In this document: one piece after another, positions 14,299 to 28,164 of the stretch | How positions within the stretch are numbered: position 1 is the stretch's first letter | Layout: each line of letters begins with the position of its first letter | NCBI GenBank assembly: GCA_012295275.1 | Contig: CM022675.1 | Coordinates: 11,470,001 to 11,534,000 of the forward strand | Length of the DNA stretch: 64,000 nt | Direction: 5' to 3' | From: Chrysomallon squamiferum | Taxonomy: Eukaryota > Animalia > Mollusca | The notes under the pieces: generated by a model | The model's database searches: none | Seen by the model: only the letters and a program-made list of their open reading frames with translations | What the model was told of the DNA's origin: nothing | Program-made: the position numbers and the translations under genes

Positions 14299-14499
14299 CC
14301 AGCGATTTTAATCCAAAATTCATAAACATGCCAGTAATTATTCTCGTTAGTTAACATAGTTCTTTCTATTAGCTGGAAACTTTTTTTTTTCCTTCGTGGC
14401 ACTGAAACCCAAAGAAAAAAAAAAAAAAAACTAAACTTTTTAGCTAGGTAACATGTGAGAGTGATTATAAAGAAAACATGCGATCTAAAGATGGTTTCA

Positions 14500-14765
14500 A
14501 ATTGAATTAAAACGTTTGTGTATCTTGTTTCCTCGCTAGCCCAGCCAGCGTCTGCGAATGCGTGTTGTTAACCCTTCTCTCGTTTACAGAATGCATTCGT
14601 TCATCGGAATACTGTGCATGCACGTTCGGTGTTGTATTTTTTTTCAAAACGCTGTTAAGTTATGGATTTGACGCTATCCGCTTTCGCAGACAATTCTAGC
14701 AGAAATTCGACCTCCTCGGCCGACAGTCTATAATAATCGGAAATTTTTCCATCAATCAGAAGCAA
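14500..14765. promoter_or_regulatory. CpG-rich island with Pbx-Hox composite site and fold-back potential
   Basis: CCATCAATCA 14749-14758 equals TGATTGATGG on the minus strand (Pbx/Exd with anterior Hox). Inverted repeat between 14550-14562 and 14679-14691. Confidence 0.45.
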
Positions 14766-14789
14766 TTTAGGTTAAATATGTGCATATCA

Positions 14790-14891
14790 GACAGAGAGAC
14801 AGACAGACAGAAAGAGAGAGAGAGAGAGAGAAGGTGGGAGACACAGACAGAAAAACAGAGAGATAGATAGATAAAAAAGATAGTGAGATAA

Positions 14892-14952
<61 letters not shown>

Positions 14953-14970
14953 CAGACAGATAGATAGAAA

Positions 14971-15011
<41 letters not shown>

Positions 15012-15180
15012 CAGATAGACTAATAGATAGATAGATAGATAAACAGACAGACAGACAGATATATAGACAGAAAGATATAGATAGATAGATAGACAGATAG
15101 AGAGATAGATAGATAGATAGATAGATAGACAAAAAGACAGACAGACAGACAGAAAGACAGAAAGACAGTCAGACAGAGAG
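14790..15180. repeat. compound (AGAT)n/(AGAC)n microsatellite
   Basis: Directly visible; explains the LSIY-repeat ORFs at 14767-15185. Confidence 0.95.
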
Positions 15181-15542
15181 ATCATTTTGTAATAAATGTT
15201 TTGTCTTTAATTTTTCTAATAAATATCTCTCTTTCCGTACTACCCTACTTTGTCTGACCGTCTGAATGTCTATTTTTGATCATTATTATATATATATATG
15301 TGATCTATTTTAAGTTTGTTCAGTATAAGTCTGCTCTTTAATTAACAGACATGCAGGTACATGCACATGAAAGTGAAAGCAGGCGAAACAACGCTGACTT
15401 GAAGCCAAATTTAAATTTCACTAATAAATGTAACTTTGAAACAACTGCCGTGAAGATAAGGCAGTTTACTCCCTAAACTACAATTTAAGACAGATATTAA
15501 TTAAGTTAAGGATATGTGTATTATACATTGTCAGGATGTGCG

Positions 15543-15597
<55 letters not shown>

Positions 15598-16082
15598 GTG
15601 CCAGTCTGTGCGTGGGTGTGTGTGTGTGGGAGTTTATGTGTGTTAATTTGTACGCTTCGAGAACAAATTCTGAAACTTAAAAAAAGAATAACCAAAAAAA
15701 AAAAAAAAAAAAAAAAAAAATGCATAAGGATAACAGGTTAATAAATAATGTAGATAATTCGTAACCTTGAAACAACACCAAAAAAAAATAAAAAAATTCT
15801 GGAAATAAAGTACGTTTTAAATAACATCCAGGTACAGACTACAAATAGCCGAACAAATTTATACCATAGTGCTTGCATTACGTATAAACATGTTTACATA
15901 TTACATACGTCTACTCGCATAAATCTACATCAGCATTACATACAGACAGACACGCCAACAAAAATATACTGAAACGCACACACATTTTTTTTTTTTAATT
16001 TCGTGTGTTTGTAACATTCTGATAAGAACGTATGTATAAGCATACGTGCTCAAATGAATAGCCTGAGAGAGAAAGAAAGCGA

Positions 16083-16200
<118 letters not shown>

Positions 16201-16710
16201 CGTAAATAAGTAAGCAGATAGGTAGGTACGTATGTACGTACTTACCTATGGATCAAACAGTTTAAAACATCCAGCCACACACATTATGTATTTTGTCGTT
16301 TACAACGAAACCTCGCGCTGGTCAATGCAGAACTTCAAAAAATCGCTTCGATCATAAATTATGTTAATTATCTCACCTCTCTCACAGTTTCGTTTTATTC
16401 TGAATACGTAACAAACTCATTATCAACACGCTGGATGTGACTAATGACACAAGAAAATAAAAAGCCAAGAGACGAAATGGATTTACATCTGGCTTACGAA
16501 TCAACTTTTTTTCTTCTTTTCAAAAATTAAAATTATACTAGAAGCTGCACAACTCATTCTGTAGTATTTTAATTATTTCATTTCATTAGTAATGTTACAA
16601 TGTTATGAGCTATTCGCATTACTCCTGCTGTAACTACTATTACTACTACTACAACAACAACAACAACCACTATTACTATTACTTGCACTACTACTATTAC
16701 TCCTACTATA

Positions 16711-16761
<51 letters not shown>

Positions 16762-17926
16762 GCTACCACTATTATTACAGTTAATGCTAATGCGTTACTG
16801 CTACAACAACAACGACGAAGACTCCTAGTACTAAACTACTACAACCGTTTGTACAACTGCTACTACAGCTAATTTTGCTGCTGATTACTACTACTACAAG
16901 ACCTCCTCCGAATACAACACTCACTACAGTTTTCACTATATCTACTGCAAATATTGCTGTGACCGCATGTGCACTACTACTGCTTCAACCACTGCAACTA
17001 CAACACTTATTACTACTAGTACTACTACTACTAACACTTATTATTACAACCACTAGTACTAATACTTATTATTATCACTACTGCTACCACTACTACTAAC
17101 TTTATTGCTACTATTAAATAACGATGAACGCCTGGACTACATTCATGACTTGGTTATGCGGCTTCTGTTTCTCATGTCACATTTGTTGTTACCGCTGCTG
17201 TTACTGCTGTTGCTGACGTTGCTAACTCTGCTAAAAGCACAACCATTATGATATATACATAAAAAAACAAAATAATAATAATTAGGGCGTTGATAAATAT
17301 ATATATATATATAATTTGTTTTTGTTATATATATATTTATTTATTTATTTATATATTTCTATGTTTTATATATTTCATATTTGTTATTTATCTATAATGT
17401 ATTTATTATTTATCTATTCTTTCAACTGCTTTTGCATCCATCTACAACATTTTTATCTTATCACGCACACGTACATCCACGTACACACGCACACACACAC
17501 ACACATTATTAGATTTAAACCATCACGCATTTTTCTTTTTTTTAATTAAATATTTTATTTTCAAAATTATCATTCTTCACTTCTGTATTATTTTTATTTA
17601 TTTATTTATCCTTCCCTTTCTTCTTTTCATTTAAATTCTAAATATTTGTTTTCTTTCTACTTGCGTTAACCAAGCCATCTTGTTATGAAAACTTTTGCGT
17701 ATCGCAGTGATCACGTACACTTTGTAATTTCCACTCTGTCAAAATCACTTTGAGTCCTGCCGTGATTTATGTGGTCGCCAGAATAAAATACGGCGAAAAT
17801 TTTCAGTTTTATTAGAGAGAGAGCTTTTGCGTTGATGGTCTAGAAAGCAAAAAAAAGCGGCCACACGCAGATATACTGGTATTCTGAACGTAACTTTTTT
17901 ATAGTCTTCTCTCCATCAGCCTTTTT

Positions 17927-17982
<56 letters not shown>

Positions 17983-18262
17983 TTTTGTTTGTTCCTTTGT
18001 ATTGTTTTATTATATATTTTTTTTCTTAACTTTTTTATTTTTTTATTTTAAATTCGTATGTTGTTTTGTTGTTGTTTTTTTGTTGTTTTTTTAACTTTAC
18101 TCTTTTTTATTTTATTATTATTATTATTAACATTATTATTATTATTATTATTATTATTATGATTATTAATATTATTATTATTTATTAATTAAATAATTAT
18201 TTATTTATTTATTTATTTATTTACTTATTTATTATTTTTATTACCAAACCGGTTTTCATTTC

Positions 18263-18351
<89 letters not shown>

Positions 18352-18405
18352 ATTTCTTCGTAATCTTAACGTTTAAATTCCGGTTTCATTCGTTCTAATC
18401 ATAAA

Positions 18406-18436
<31 letters not shown>

Positions 18437-18763
18437 CTTATTTATTTAGTTATTTATTTATTCATTCATTTATTCATTCTTTCATTATTTCTTTAAATTA
18501 TTTGGGGGGCTAAGTGTTTATCTGTTTGGAGATACAAAAAATATTCGAGTAATTAAAACTGTCTATTGCTGTTGTCTGTTTCAGATGAAAAATATAAAGA
18601 GACAGGAACAAAAAAAAACAGTTTCCTATCGTACATGCAAAACATCAAGAATTATTTTATTTTATTTAATTTTATTTAAATTTCTGTCTTTAATTACTTG
18701 CATACATGTTTGGTTGGTTTGTTTTTATTGTTGTCTGTCTGTTTATTTATTTACTTATTTTGG

Positions 18764-18828
<65 letters not shown>

Positions 18829-19401
18829 GTTGTTGTTGTTGTTGTTGTTGTTGTAAGAGAGGTTTAATGTGACATTATTTATTTTCAGTGAAAGAAAAGA
18901 TGAAAACGAAAGAAATACAGAAGAAAAGGAATGAAGTGAAAAACAAAATGATCGTAAGTAACAAAACAAAAAATAACAGCAGAACGAATGAAAAAAGAAA
19001 TGAAAGATTAAACAAAGAAATTAAGATGAAAATAAGAAAGAAAAACAAAAGAAAGAGACACAAAAGAATGTATAAGAGAGACAGAAGAAATATATGATAG
19101 AGAGAAAGAATGAAGAAAATATTTTAAAAATTAAACGAATAAAATTTTTAAAATAAAACAGAATAACAAAATTAAAAGAACAAATATGAAAGAACCAACA
19201 AAAGGAATAAAAGAGTGAAAATAATTAAAGAAGATAAAAATAATTAAAGAAGATAAAAAAAAATAATAATTACCCTGAACAAAAAATTAGACGAAATAAA
19301 AAAAAAAAAAAAAAAAAAAATAAAAGAAATGAAATAAAAATCGGATGTATTCAAATTTACAAAAAAACAACAACGCCATGATTACCATAGCAAAACTACA
19401 A

Positions 19402-19435
<34 letters not shown>

Positions 19436-19559
19436 ACAAAAAAATAATAAAAATCATATCACGAAGAAGAAGCAGTAATTAAATATTTCTTCAAAGTATC
19501 ATTATTACAAGTAAATAACTTCATTTCCTTTTTTTTTTTTTTTTTTTTTTTTTTCTCCA

Positions 19560-20099
19560 AATGATCTCCGGGGTTGTAAAAAACGGTCATGATGTCGCGC
19601 CAGGCCCCATTGAAAAAAGAGAACGGTCCGTCATTTAGCCCTACCCTTTAGCCTCTCTTAACATACGAAACGGAACCGGCGACCGAAGAAGCGTCGTAAT
19701 TCCGGGAAGGGTCGTATTAAATGAAACTTTCTCCCACAAAAGAAGGCCCGCCATAAGCGTGAAGTTTGATTTAAGGACGTTCTTCTGCACTGCAACCTCA
19801 AAGCCCGTCGCGAAAGTGGATAAAAGATAGCTTGGCCCTTTCTTTGAAGACGGACTTTTGCGATCAAATTTTTCAATTACTCTCCGTATTTATGTGACAT
19901 TTTTTGCGCGCCGAGTGTCATAAAAGCCGCCATATTCTCTTTTATATGATTAATCAGATTTCTCAATTATGTCCCCTGAATGATGCGCGCCCTCGGTGAG
20001 TAATTGCGTCCCTTGAGTCGAAAATGTCTTTGACTGCGTTCCAGGTTTTTCTGACGTCATTCAGTACTATATTCCAGTTAAAGAAACTCTCGTGAGTAC

Positions 20100-20100
<1 letters not shown>
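19560..20100. promoter_or_regulatory. CpG-rich enhancer-like island
   Basis: STAT site TTCCGGGAA 19700-19708; Hox-type GTCGTAAT, GTCGTATTA, GCCATAAG and GTCATAAAA (~19917); YY1-like GCCGCCATATT (~19926); CRE at 20052-20059. Confidence 0.5.
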
Positions 20101-20132
<32 letters not shown>

Positions 20133-21456
20133 GAAAAGAAAAAAAAATGATGTCTCTTGCATTCAAGAGAAAAAGATGGGTTGAAAAAAAGAAAAAGAAA
20201 AAGAAATGAAAAAATTGAAATTGTGAAAATGATTGTTGCAAAAGTAGAGAGAAAGTTAATGTGTTTCGTTTGTGTCCTGTGATCTTTGTTTTGTGAAGGA
20301 ATTGAAGGAAGGAGTAGAAAAATAAAAGTAAATAATAAAACAATGCAGTCACTTTTTGGTAGTTGTTGTTTTGTTTTTTTTTCTTATAAAAGTAAGAAAT
20401 TTCTTTAAAAGTGATGCGGTTAATACAGATGCTGTATCATTATCGTCGTTGTTGTTGTCGTGATTGTCGTTATCCTCAACATAATGCAATAACAATTATT
20501 TCTATCAACATACTACGATCATCACCATCATCATCATCATTATAATTGTTGCTGTTGATGTTGTTGTTCTTTTTTATTATTCGTTGTCATTATCGAATGT
20601 TTTGATGCTAGCCGTAATCATTATGATGCTGATGATGATGACGATGATGATGAAATTCACTGGGATAAATGACAAAATTAATAAACACGAATGTTGTAAA
20701 TGTAAATTCTCTCATTATCAAAGAAAGAAATAACTCTAGTAAGAAAGTTCATTAAAACCATCGTTTCGTCAGTTCACAACACGGTGACAATTTTTATTTA
20801 ATGAACTGACAAAAGAAAGAAAGAAAAACAAAGAAAGAAAGAAAGTGATCCTACCGAACAAGTATTTTTACTCCGCAGACAACAGTTCTGTGCGTTTTAT
20901 TTCAGTTTTATTATTTTTATGGCGTAGAAACTGAGAAAAATGTAAATCCATGGAAATGAAAGAAAAAAAAAAAACACAAAAAAGTCATCAACGATTTTTT
21001 TTTTTTTTTTTTAACTTTAATAAAGGGAAGGGAAAATGAAATAAAAAAATTTGATTTTTAAGTCAACTGCATTATCAGTTACCTTTATACAATATCAACT
21101 TGTTTCTTTTTTTTTCTTTTTTTTACCATGATTAATTTCCACTTGTCAACATTGACTATTGAACCTCGTATTTCTTGATATTCGAGCTGTCATTTCATTT
21201 TGCTTCTTCGCCTTGTATTCTTTTTTTTCTGCATTTTTTTTTTTTTTTTTATGCGTTTGGTATTTTGTTTCTTTTGAAAGGATTTTAATTTAACCTGTTA
21301 AAATTATAACGACTGTTGATATGCCGATCACAAAAGCTTGAACGATTGAACAGAATAAGCGTTGATTTTTAAAAAAAAACTATTTTCAAAGCTCTTAAGT
21401 CAAAGCTGCTAACTGAATGAGACAAATTTCCAGGGTTTTTTTTGTGTGTATTTTTT

Positions 21457-21720
21457 GCTGTATTTCTTGGAAGTGTGGTCACCGATGTTGAACTTCTGGG
21501 AAATAGTGTTAATCGTGCTGATTTTTTAGAAAATAACATCACCTTTACTAAATTCAAGAGAAATAATGTCACCCTTGCAGAGTTTTTTATGAAATAACGT
21601 CACCCTGGCTGATTTTCTAGGAAATATTTTCTCCACTGCTGATTTTCTAGGAAATATTTTCACGACTGCTAAATTTCTAGGAAATGCTCTCATTTTTGCG
21701 GAATTTTGAGGAAATGTTTT
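21457..21720. repeat. degenerate 30-bp minisatellite (~9 copies)
   Basis: Consensus approximately GCTGATTTTCTAGGAAATAWNNTCACCNNT at about 30-bp spacing. TTC-N3-GAA occurs at 21464, 21494, 21615, 21645 and 21675. Confidence 0.85.
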
Positions 21721-22107
21721 TTTGGCAAATTGCTGATTTGTCTCTGTGAAATAAAACGATATGAATGTTTTATGGATCTCCAAACAGCAAATCTTAACCA
21801 AACATTATGAACGTCATTAGAAATTTCACGCAACACTCCTTAACCAGTTTTAAGAAGCAGATAGCAGGAGCTATACTTTAGTTTGGAAAAGAAGGTGTGT
21901 CCAGTCATTATACGTATAAAATCAGTCTCATTATGAAAACAAAAACTAGAACCATCCACGAAAAATATTTGTTCACATTAGAATGAAATGGAAATTAACG
22001 AAAAGATGAATTTTGTATGCTTAAATGATTATTTGCTGATTTTTAAAGACGGAAAAGATATTAACATTTGAAATGTTACAATATATATATTTGTTTAATT
22101 GTTTTTA

Positions 22108-22147
<40 letters not shown>

Positions 22148-22664
22148 CATCATTATTATCATCATCATTATCATTATTATGATTAGTTTGCTGCCGTTTG
22201 TAATATGAAAATTAATATAATTATTAAATTAATATATGAAATATGAAATATATTACCAACTTTGCCGAGTTTCGTAAAATGAAAGGTATACCTCAGTATC
22301 CTGCATGTATCTCAACGAAACCAATACATTTCAATCAATTTAGAAAGAAAAGAAAGAAACTTTTAGATTAACCGAAAACACGAAACACAATTCTGCTACA
22401 CTCTGGTGAATTTCCCAGGCAAAAAAAAAAAAAAACGAAACAATTTTTAAAAACGAAATTGACAAAACTCAACAAATTTAAATTCAGTTTTAAAAAAAAC
22501 AACTGAATTCGACAATTAAAACATGCGTCAAGAAATCAATGAAGTGAAATCACTGATTTCAGATTCACACGTAATAGTATCGTCCTTAATTACGCCATCT
22601 GAATTGGACATTTTTTTATTTTTTATTTTTTTTCTTCGTTATCTAATCATTTCCTTAATTTCAG

Positions 22665-22804
22665 GCCCAGGAAGTCAAATATTTCCACCGACTGAAGAAC
22701 AATGAAGACGAACAAAACAACCAAACAGTGTCGAAACACGGAAAACGAATCATTCCGACCCTGATGTCAGCGATCTTCGGTTTGTTTTTGTGATTCATCC
22801 GCTG
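22665..22804 (+). other. candidate 140-nt non-coding exon
   Basis: Branch-like CTAAT and pyrimidine tract ending ...ttccttaatttcAG| at 22664; donor TG|GTAAGT at 22804/22805. All three frames contain stops. Confidence 0.35.
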
Positions 22805-23049
22805 GTAAGTTATATTTGCTCATAAATAACACATTGAACGCATGCTGTGTATATTTCATTAATAAAAGATTACACGATAGCGACATTAACAGCTGCCATT
22901 AATGCTAATGTGCTGGCACAATGTAACAGCGAACATCTCCATTCTCGACACCGAGTACGTCACAAAGGAGAGGTCGCGTATTTAAATGTCACACAGATTA
23001 CTGAGTGGACGAGGCAGGGTAATGTTGTTATTATATTGCTGTTGTTATT

Positions 23050-23151
23050 AACTCTACTACTACTACTACAACTACAACTACTACTACTGCTGCTGCTATG
23101 TATGCTGGTACTCAGCAGTTACTTCTACTACAATTACACCTACTACTGCTA

Positions 23152-23194
<43 letters not shown>

Positions 23195-23226
23195 CACTAC
23201 TACTACTACTACTACCACCACTACTA

Positions 23227-23306
<80 letters not shown>

Positions 23307-23651
23307 GATGATGTTATTTCTATTACTACCTCTACTGCAATTATAACTACTGTTACTATTACTATTATTACTACTGTTACTACCGTTATTACCAAACAAT
23401 TTATACTACTACTGTTATTACGATTACTTCTACTACAACCACAACGACGTCTATTACTATTGCTGTTACTACTGTTACTACTGGTACTACTTCTACTGCA
23501 ACTGTCTTCTCTACTCGTGCCACAAGTCCACCACCACAACAACCACAACTACTACTATTACACTTACAGCTGCAATTATAATTATGGCACAAATAATATA
23601 CCTGCTACTTTAGTACTACCGCTTGTGATGCTACTTCTACTACTACTATTA

Positions 23652-23736
<85 letters not shown>

Positions 23737-23748
23737 TACTACTACTAT

Positions 23749-23780
<32 letters not shown>

Positions 23781-23930
23781 TTACTATTCTTATTCTCCTA
23801 AAAATATTTCTACTGTATAATCACCTCTATTGTTATAACTACTACTACCATCACTACTACTACTGTTACTACTACTACGACGACTACTACTACTACGACT
23901 ACTACTGCTGCTGCTTCTACCACTAACAAT
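23050..23930. repeat. (ACT)n microsatellite and degenerate derivatives
   Basis: Long pure and degenerate ACT/ACC runs; source of the poly-Y, L, V and S ORFs. Confidence 0.95.
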
Positions 23931-24277
23931 ATTCAAAATTAAATGTAGAAAACACTGATACCCTATACTGTATTAAATTCAAGTATATTCAAAACATGTA
24001 TTATGTATGTATGTTTGTATGTATGTGTATATATATTTATGAATTAATGTGTTGGTATAATGCATGAATGTATATATGTATGTATATATATGTAAGTATT
24101 TAGGAATGTAAATGTATGTATGCATATATGTATGTCTGTATATATTTTATTTATGCATGTAAATATGTTATGCATGTATTTATGTATTTATGAATATATG
24201 TATATATAATACATGTATATTTATGTGTGTATATATATGAATGCATGAATGTATGTATGTATATATTTACGTATGTA

Positions 24278-24322
<45 letters not shown>

Positions 24323-25199
24323 ATATATATGACTTTACATATGTATGTGTGTTTGTGTATCTGTGTTCGAAGTTGTGTATGTGTCATTTAGAACAAAATG
24401 TACGGTAGGCCAATATCACATTTTTGTACACTTGTTGATGCAATGTCATCTTTCTACGATTCTTATGGTAATAAGTTTAATAGATCTGCACCCAACTGCT
24501 ATAAACTCTATGAAGTTTCATTTTAGTACATCTGTTTATGTAAAATCGTTAAACTGAACGCAAATATACTGTTATTTAAATAATTTTATGTCAAGCGTAA
24601 ATATACGTCACACGTAAATGTACGGAGCACCAGTGTGATACTTTTTTATATTTTATATTTCATCGCAAACAGACACATTTTTTTGAAAAAAAAGGTTAAT
24701 TAAAACGTACAGGGCCTCAGTATTACAATTCGTATATTGGTATTTATTTATTTTTATTTATTTTTTTATTTTTTTTACTGTAAACTTTAAGCTTCATAAT
24801 CATATAAGATGCAATGATAATTAATATAATAATTTAACATATTTATCAGTATTATAAAACGTACGAAGCACACATAACATTTGTTTATTAGTTTGTCTAA
24901 CGTCCTGTAATTTAATGTCTATGTAATATATTTTAATAACTTGCCCAACGTTGTAAAATAAAATAAAATATAATAAAATATAATAAACAATAAATAAATA
25001 AATAAAAATAAATAAATAAATAAATTTAAATAATATATTTTAAATTATAAAAAATAAATAAATAAATAAATAAATAAAGATTAAAACAAAGTTAAAATTA
25101 TTATTATTATTATTATTTTTTTTTTAAATTCTATGGAAGGCCAAAACAACATTTTCGTATATTCATTTACAACAACATCCCTAATTTCAATTTCAACGC

Positions 25200-25630
25200 T
25201 ATCGTTTTTCGACTCAGATGGTTAAGCGTCAACTATGAAGCTCAGAACATCAAATCCTCTTACTAACAGCACCTGCACGCTTAGTGTGAGGTAATGACTT
25301 TCAGTTATCTGTTTAATCACGAACTTTAAAAAGAAGATGAAAAAGAAAAGTAATGTCTGTATTTCTCGTAGAGGGGAAAAAAAAAAAAAAATCCTATAAA
25401 AAATCAGTGAACCGTAAACACGAGTAAGTAATATTCGTTCATTTTCCCCAAGCCTGCATTTATTTAAGTTAGACGTAAGCACCGATCGTAAAATGGTTTT
25501 GTGTGTTTACGCTTTTTCATGCTCGTACGATTAGCCACGTGATGCGTGTCCAAATTTCGGCACGGTTGAGCTAAAAGTATTTACAGCCACGCCCATAAGC
25601 TGTAATAAATATGCAAAAGGGAATTCTTTA
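25200..25630. promoter_or_regulatory. CpG-containing enhancer-like island
   Basis: ATCGTAAAA (~25485), E-box CCACGTGA (~25535), Fox TATTTAC (~25578), Sp/KLF GCCACGCCC (~25586) and octamer-like ATGCAAA (~25611) within about 150 bp. Confidence 0.4.
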
Positions 25631-26888
25631 TTTGATTAAAACTGTTGCTGTTGTTTGTACGTGCGTTTGTTTCTTTTGTCCGTCCGTCTGTTAATTTGTC
25701 TGTTCGTTTATTTTTTTTTTTTTTTTTTATTTGCTGTTATTGTTCTTGTTTTAATGTCCATCTGCTGTTGTTGTTGTTGTTATATTATCATCATCATCGT
25801 CATCATCATCATCATCATCATCGTCATTATTATTATTATTATTATTATTACTACTACTAGTACTACTACTACTACTACTGCTTCCATTATTAGTAGTAAT
25901 AGCAGTAGCAGTAGTAGTAGGAACTAAAGTAGTAGTTATATCCCATATCCCATAATGTTTTCCTTGATAATATGTAAACTGTGTTAAAGGTAAATAAATT
26001 CTTCTTACAGAAAATGTAAATCAAATACGTGAGTATTCGAAATTGTAAAACATAACGTAATACTTTAGAATCAAATAATAATAATAATATAAATAATAAT
26101 AATAACAACAACAACCACAACAGCAATAATAGTTGATGATGACGATAATAAGAATTTATCAGTATAATAGTTATGATAATGATGATAAAACGTGATGATA
26201 TTGGATGATACATGATAATACGTGACAAGAGAATAGCAACTGTAAAACGTAGCTATGTTTGTAAAGGTTTTCGATGATGCTAAATATTCAAATTTTATTT
26301 ACTTTTTTTATATATAATTTATGCCCTGTTTTTATGTATGTATTTATTTATTTATTTATTTATTTATAATATTTATTTTTCTGTCTTTTTATTTATTTGT
26401 TTTTTGTTGTTTTTCTTCTTTATTTTGATGATGTTTACTTCTACTACTACTTCTACTACTACTACTTCTACTACTACTACTTCTACTACTACTACAATTA
26501 CTACTACTACTACTACTACTATCATTAGTATAAGTATTACTGTTAGCATAGCCATCGTTTTCATTGTAGTATTTGCATGTAAAATTTCAAAATAAAAATA
26601 ATAATATTTACGTCAAAAACTGTTTATACTAATCATGGTTTTATATAAATTCGTGCATAGTAATAAAAATAAAACATGGCATATAAATTTTTATTGATTA
26701 TTGATATACGTAAAATATTATCCATAATTACCGGAAAGAATATGATGATTCACGCTTATGTTATAAAACAGAAAAACTAATAAAAAGAAAATTAATAATC
26801 GTTATTATATTTAAATTAATAAACCGTAATGACTCCTGTGATTGAATTCATAAAATGAAATAACCATTGTTATTTTTAGACGTTTCAA

Positions 26889-26935
<47 letters not shown>

Positions 26936-27002
26936 CAAAAATTTGAACTCTTAATTACATTAAATATTATACTTGCGTTCGTAAATATATTAAAATATGT
27001 AT

Positions 27003-27335
27003 TATTTTAACGTAGGTAAAATTTTAAAATTATCATTTAAAATTTAAACCTAGATATAATATCAAAATAAACATGTTTATATTTAAACGTACGTAAACTA
27101 TTAAAATAATCATTGTAATATTTAAACATAGGTAAAATATTAATATAATCATTGCTATATTTAAACGTACATAAAATATTAAAATTATCATTGTTATATT
27201 TAAACATACGTCAAATATTAAAATAATCATTGCTATATGAAAACGTACGTAAACTATTAAAACAGTCATTGTTATATACAAACGTACATAAAGTATTAAA
27301 ATAATTATTGTTACATTTAAACGTACGTAACTTTT
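27003..27335. repeat. 39-bp AT-rich minisatellite (~8.5 copies)
   Basis: ATTTAAAC or a variant recurs at 27042, 27081, 27120, 27159, 27198, (27237), (27276) and 27315. Unit is approximately ATTTAAACGTACGTAAAYTATTAAAATAATCATTGYTAT. Confidence 0.9.
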
Positions 27336-27813
27336 TAACGTTATCGTTTTTATGTTAATACTCATTTTTCTGTTAAACAATTCTAGATATATCTTAAATG
27401 AAAAGAAAAACCTTTGCTATATTTGAATACAAGCTTTACAATTAGTGTTTTAGGTAAAACTATGTCTGGTTATAAAATAATGTAGCTGAATTTAATATTT
27501 TATAAATATATTAAAACATTATTATTTTGATATCTAAATTCAAGTTTTGGAATAAAAATTTCACATTTATACACTCGATAAAACCAAATAACTTAATTAT
27601 TTGAAACTAATTTTATGTTATATTACAATTATTGTCATTATAGTAAAGGTTATAATTTTCAAATTTTGATATTTATAGAAACCTTTTTTAGCAAAATGGA
27701 AATAAAATTTAAAAATAAAATACAAAACAGCAACACTAAATAAAGTTGTTAATAAATTTAAACAAAATAATAATAAATAAATTAAAATACTATCAAAACA
27801 AATACAGTGATAA

Positions 27814-27876
<63 letters not shown>

Positions 27877-28061
27877 ATTTAGTAAGTTACGAAATAAAGA
27901 CAGCCAGATAAATATTTGTTTACAGGTTTCAGTCCGTTTTAATTAAATGAAAATGTTTTAAATAATAATAATAAAATATACAAAAATATACAAGCCACAT
28001 ATACGGAGTTATTCTAGAATTTAAATGAATAAATCTGTTCGGAAATAGCTTTATATTATTA

Positions 28062-28164
<103 letters not shown>

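Noticed and set aside
14492-14506. TGGTTTCAA as the start of a homeobox WFQNRR
   Set aside because: It continues ATT GAA (WFQIE) with no homeodomain context. I found no WFQNRR-coding sequence on either strand by eye.
21422-21437. ACAAATTTCCAGGGTT resembles the complement of both ends of miR-10
   Set aside because: The central bases are missing and there is no hairpin partner; at most a chance target-like site.
22272-22320. GGTATACCTCAGTAT resembles arthropod miR-iab-4-3p
   Set aside because: Only a gapped ~15-nt match, with no complementary 5p arm and a short weak stem; iab-4 is arthropod-specific.
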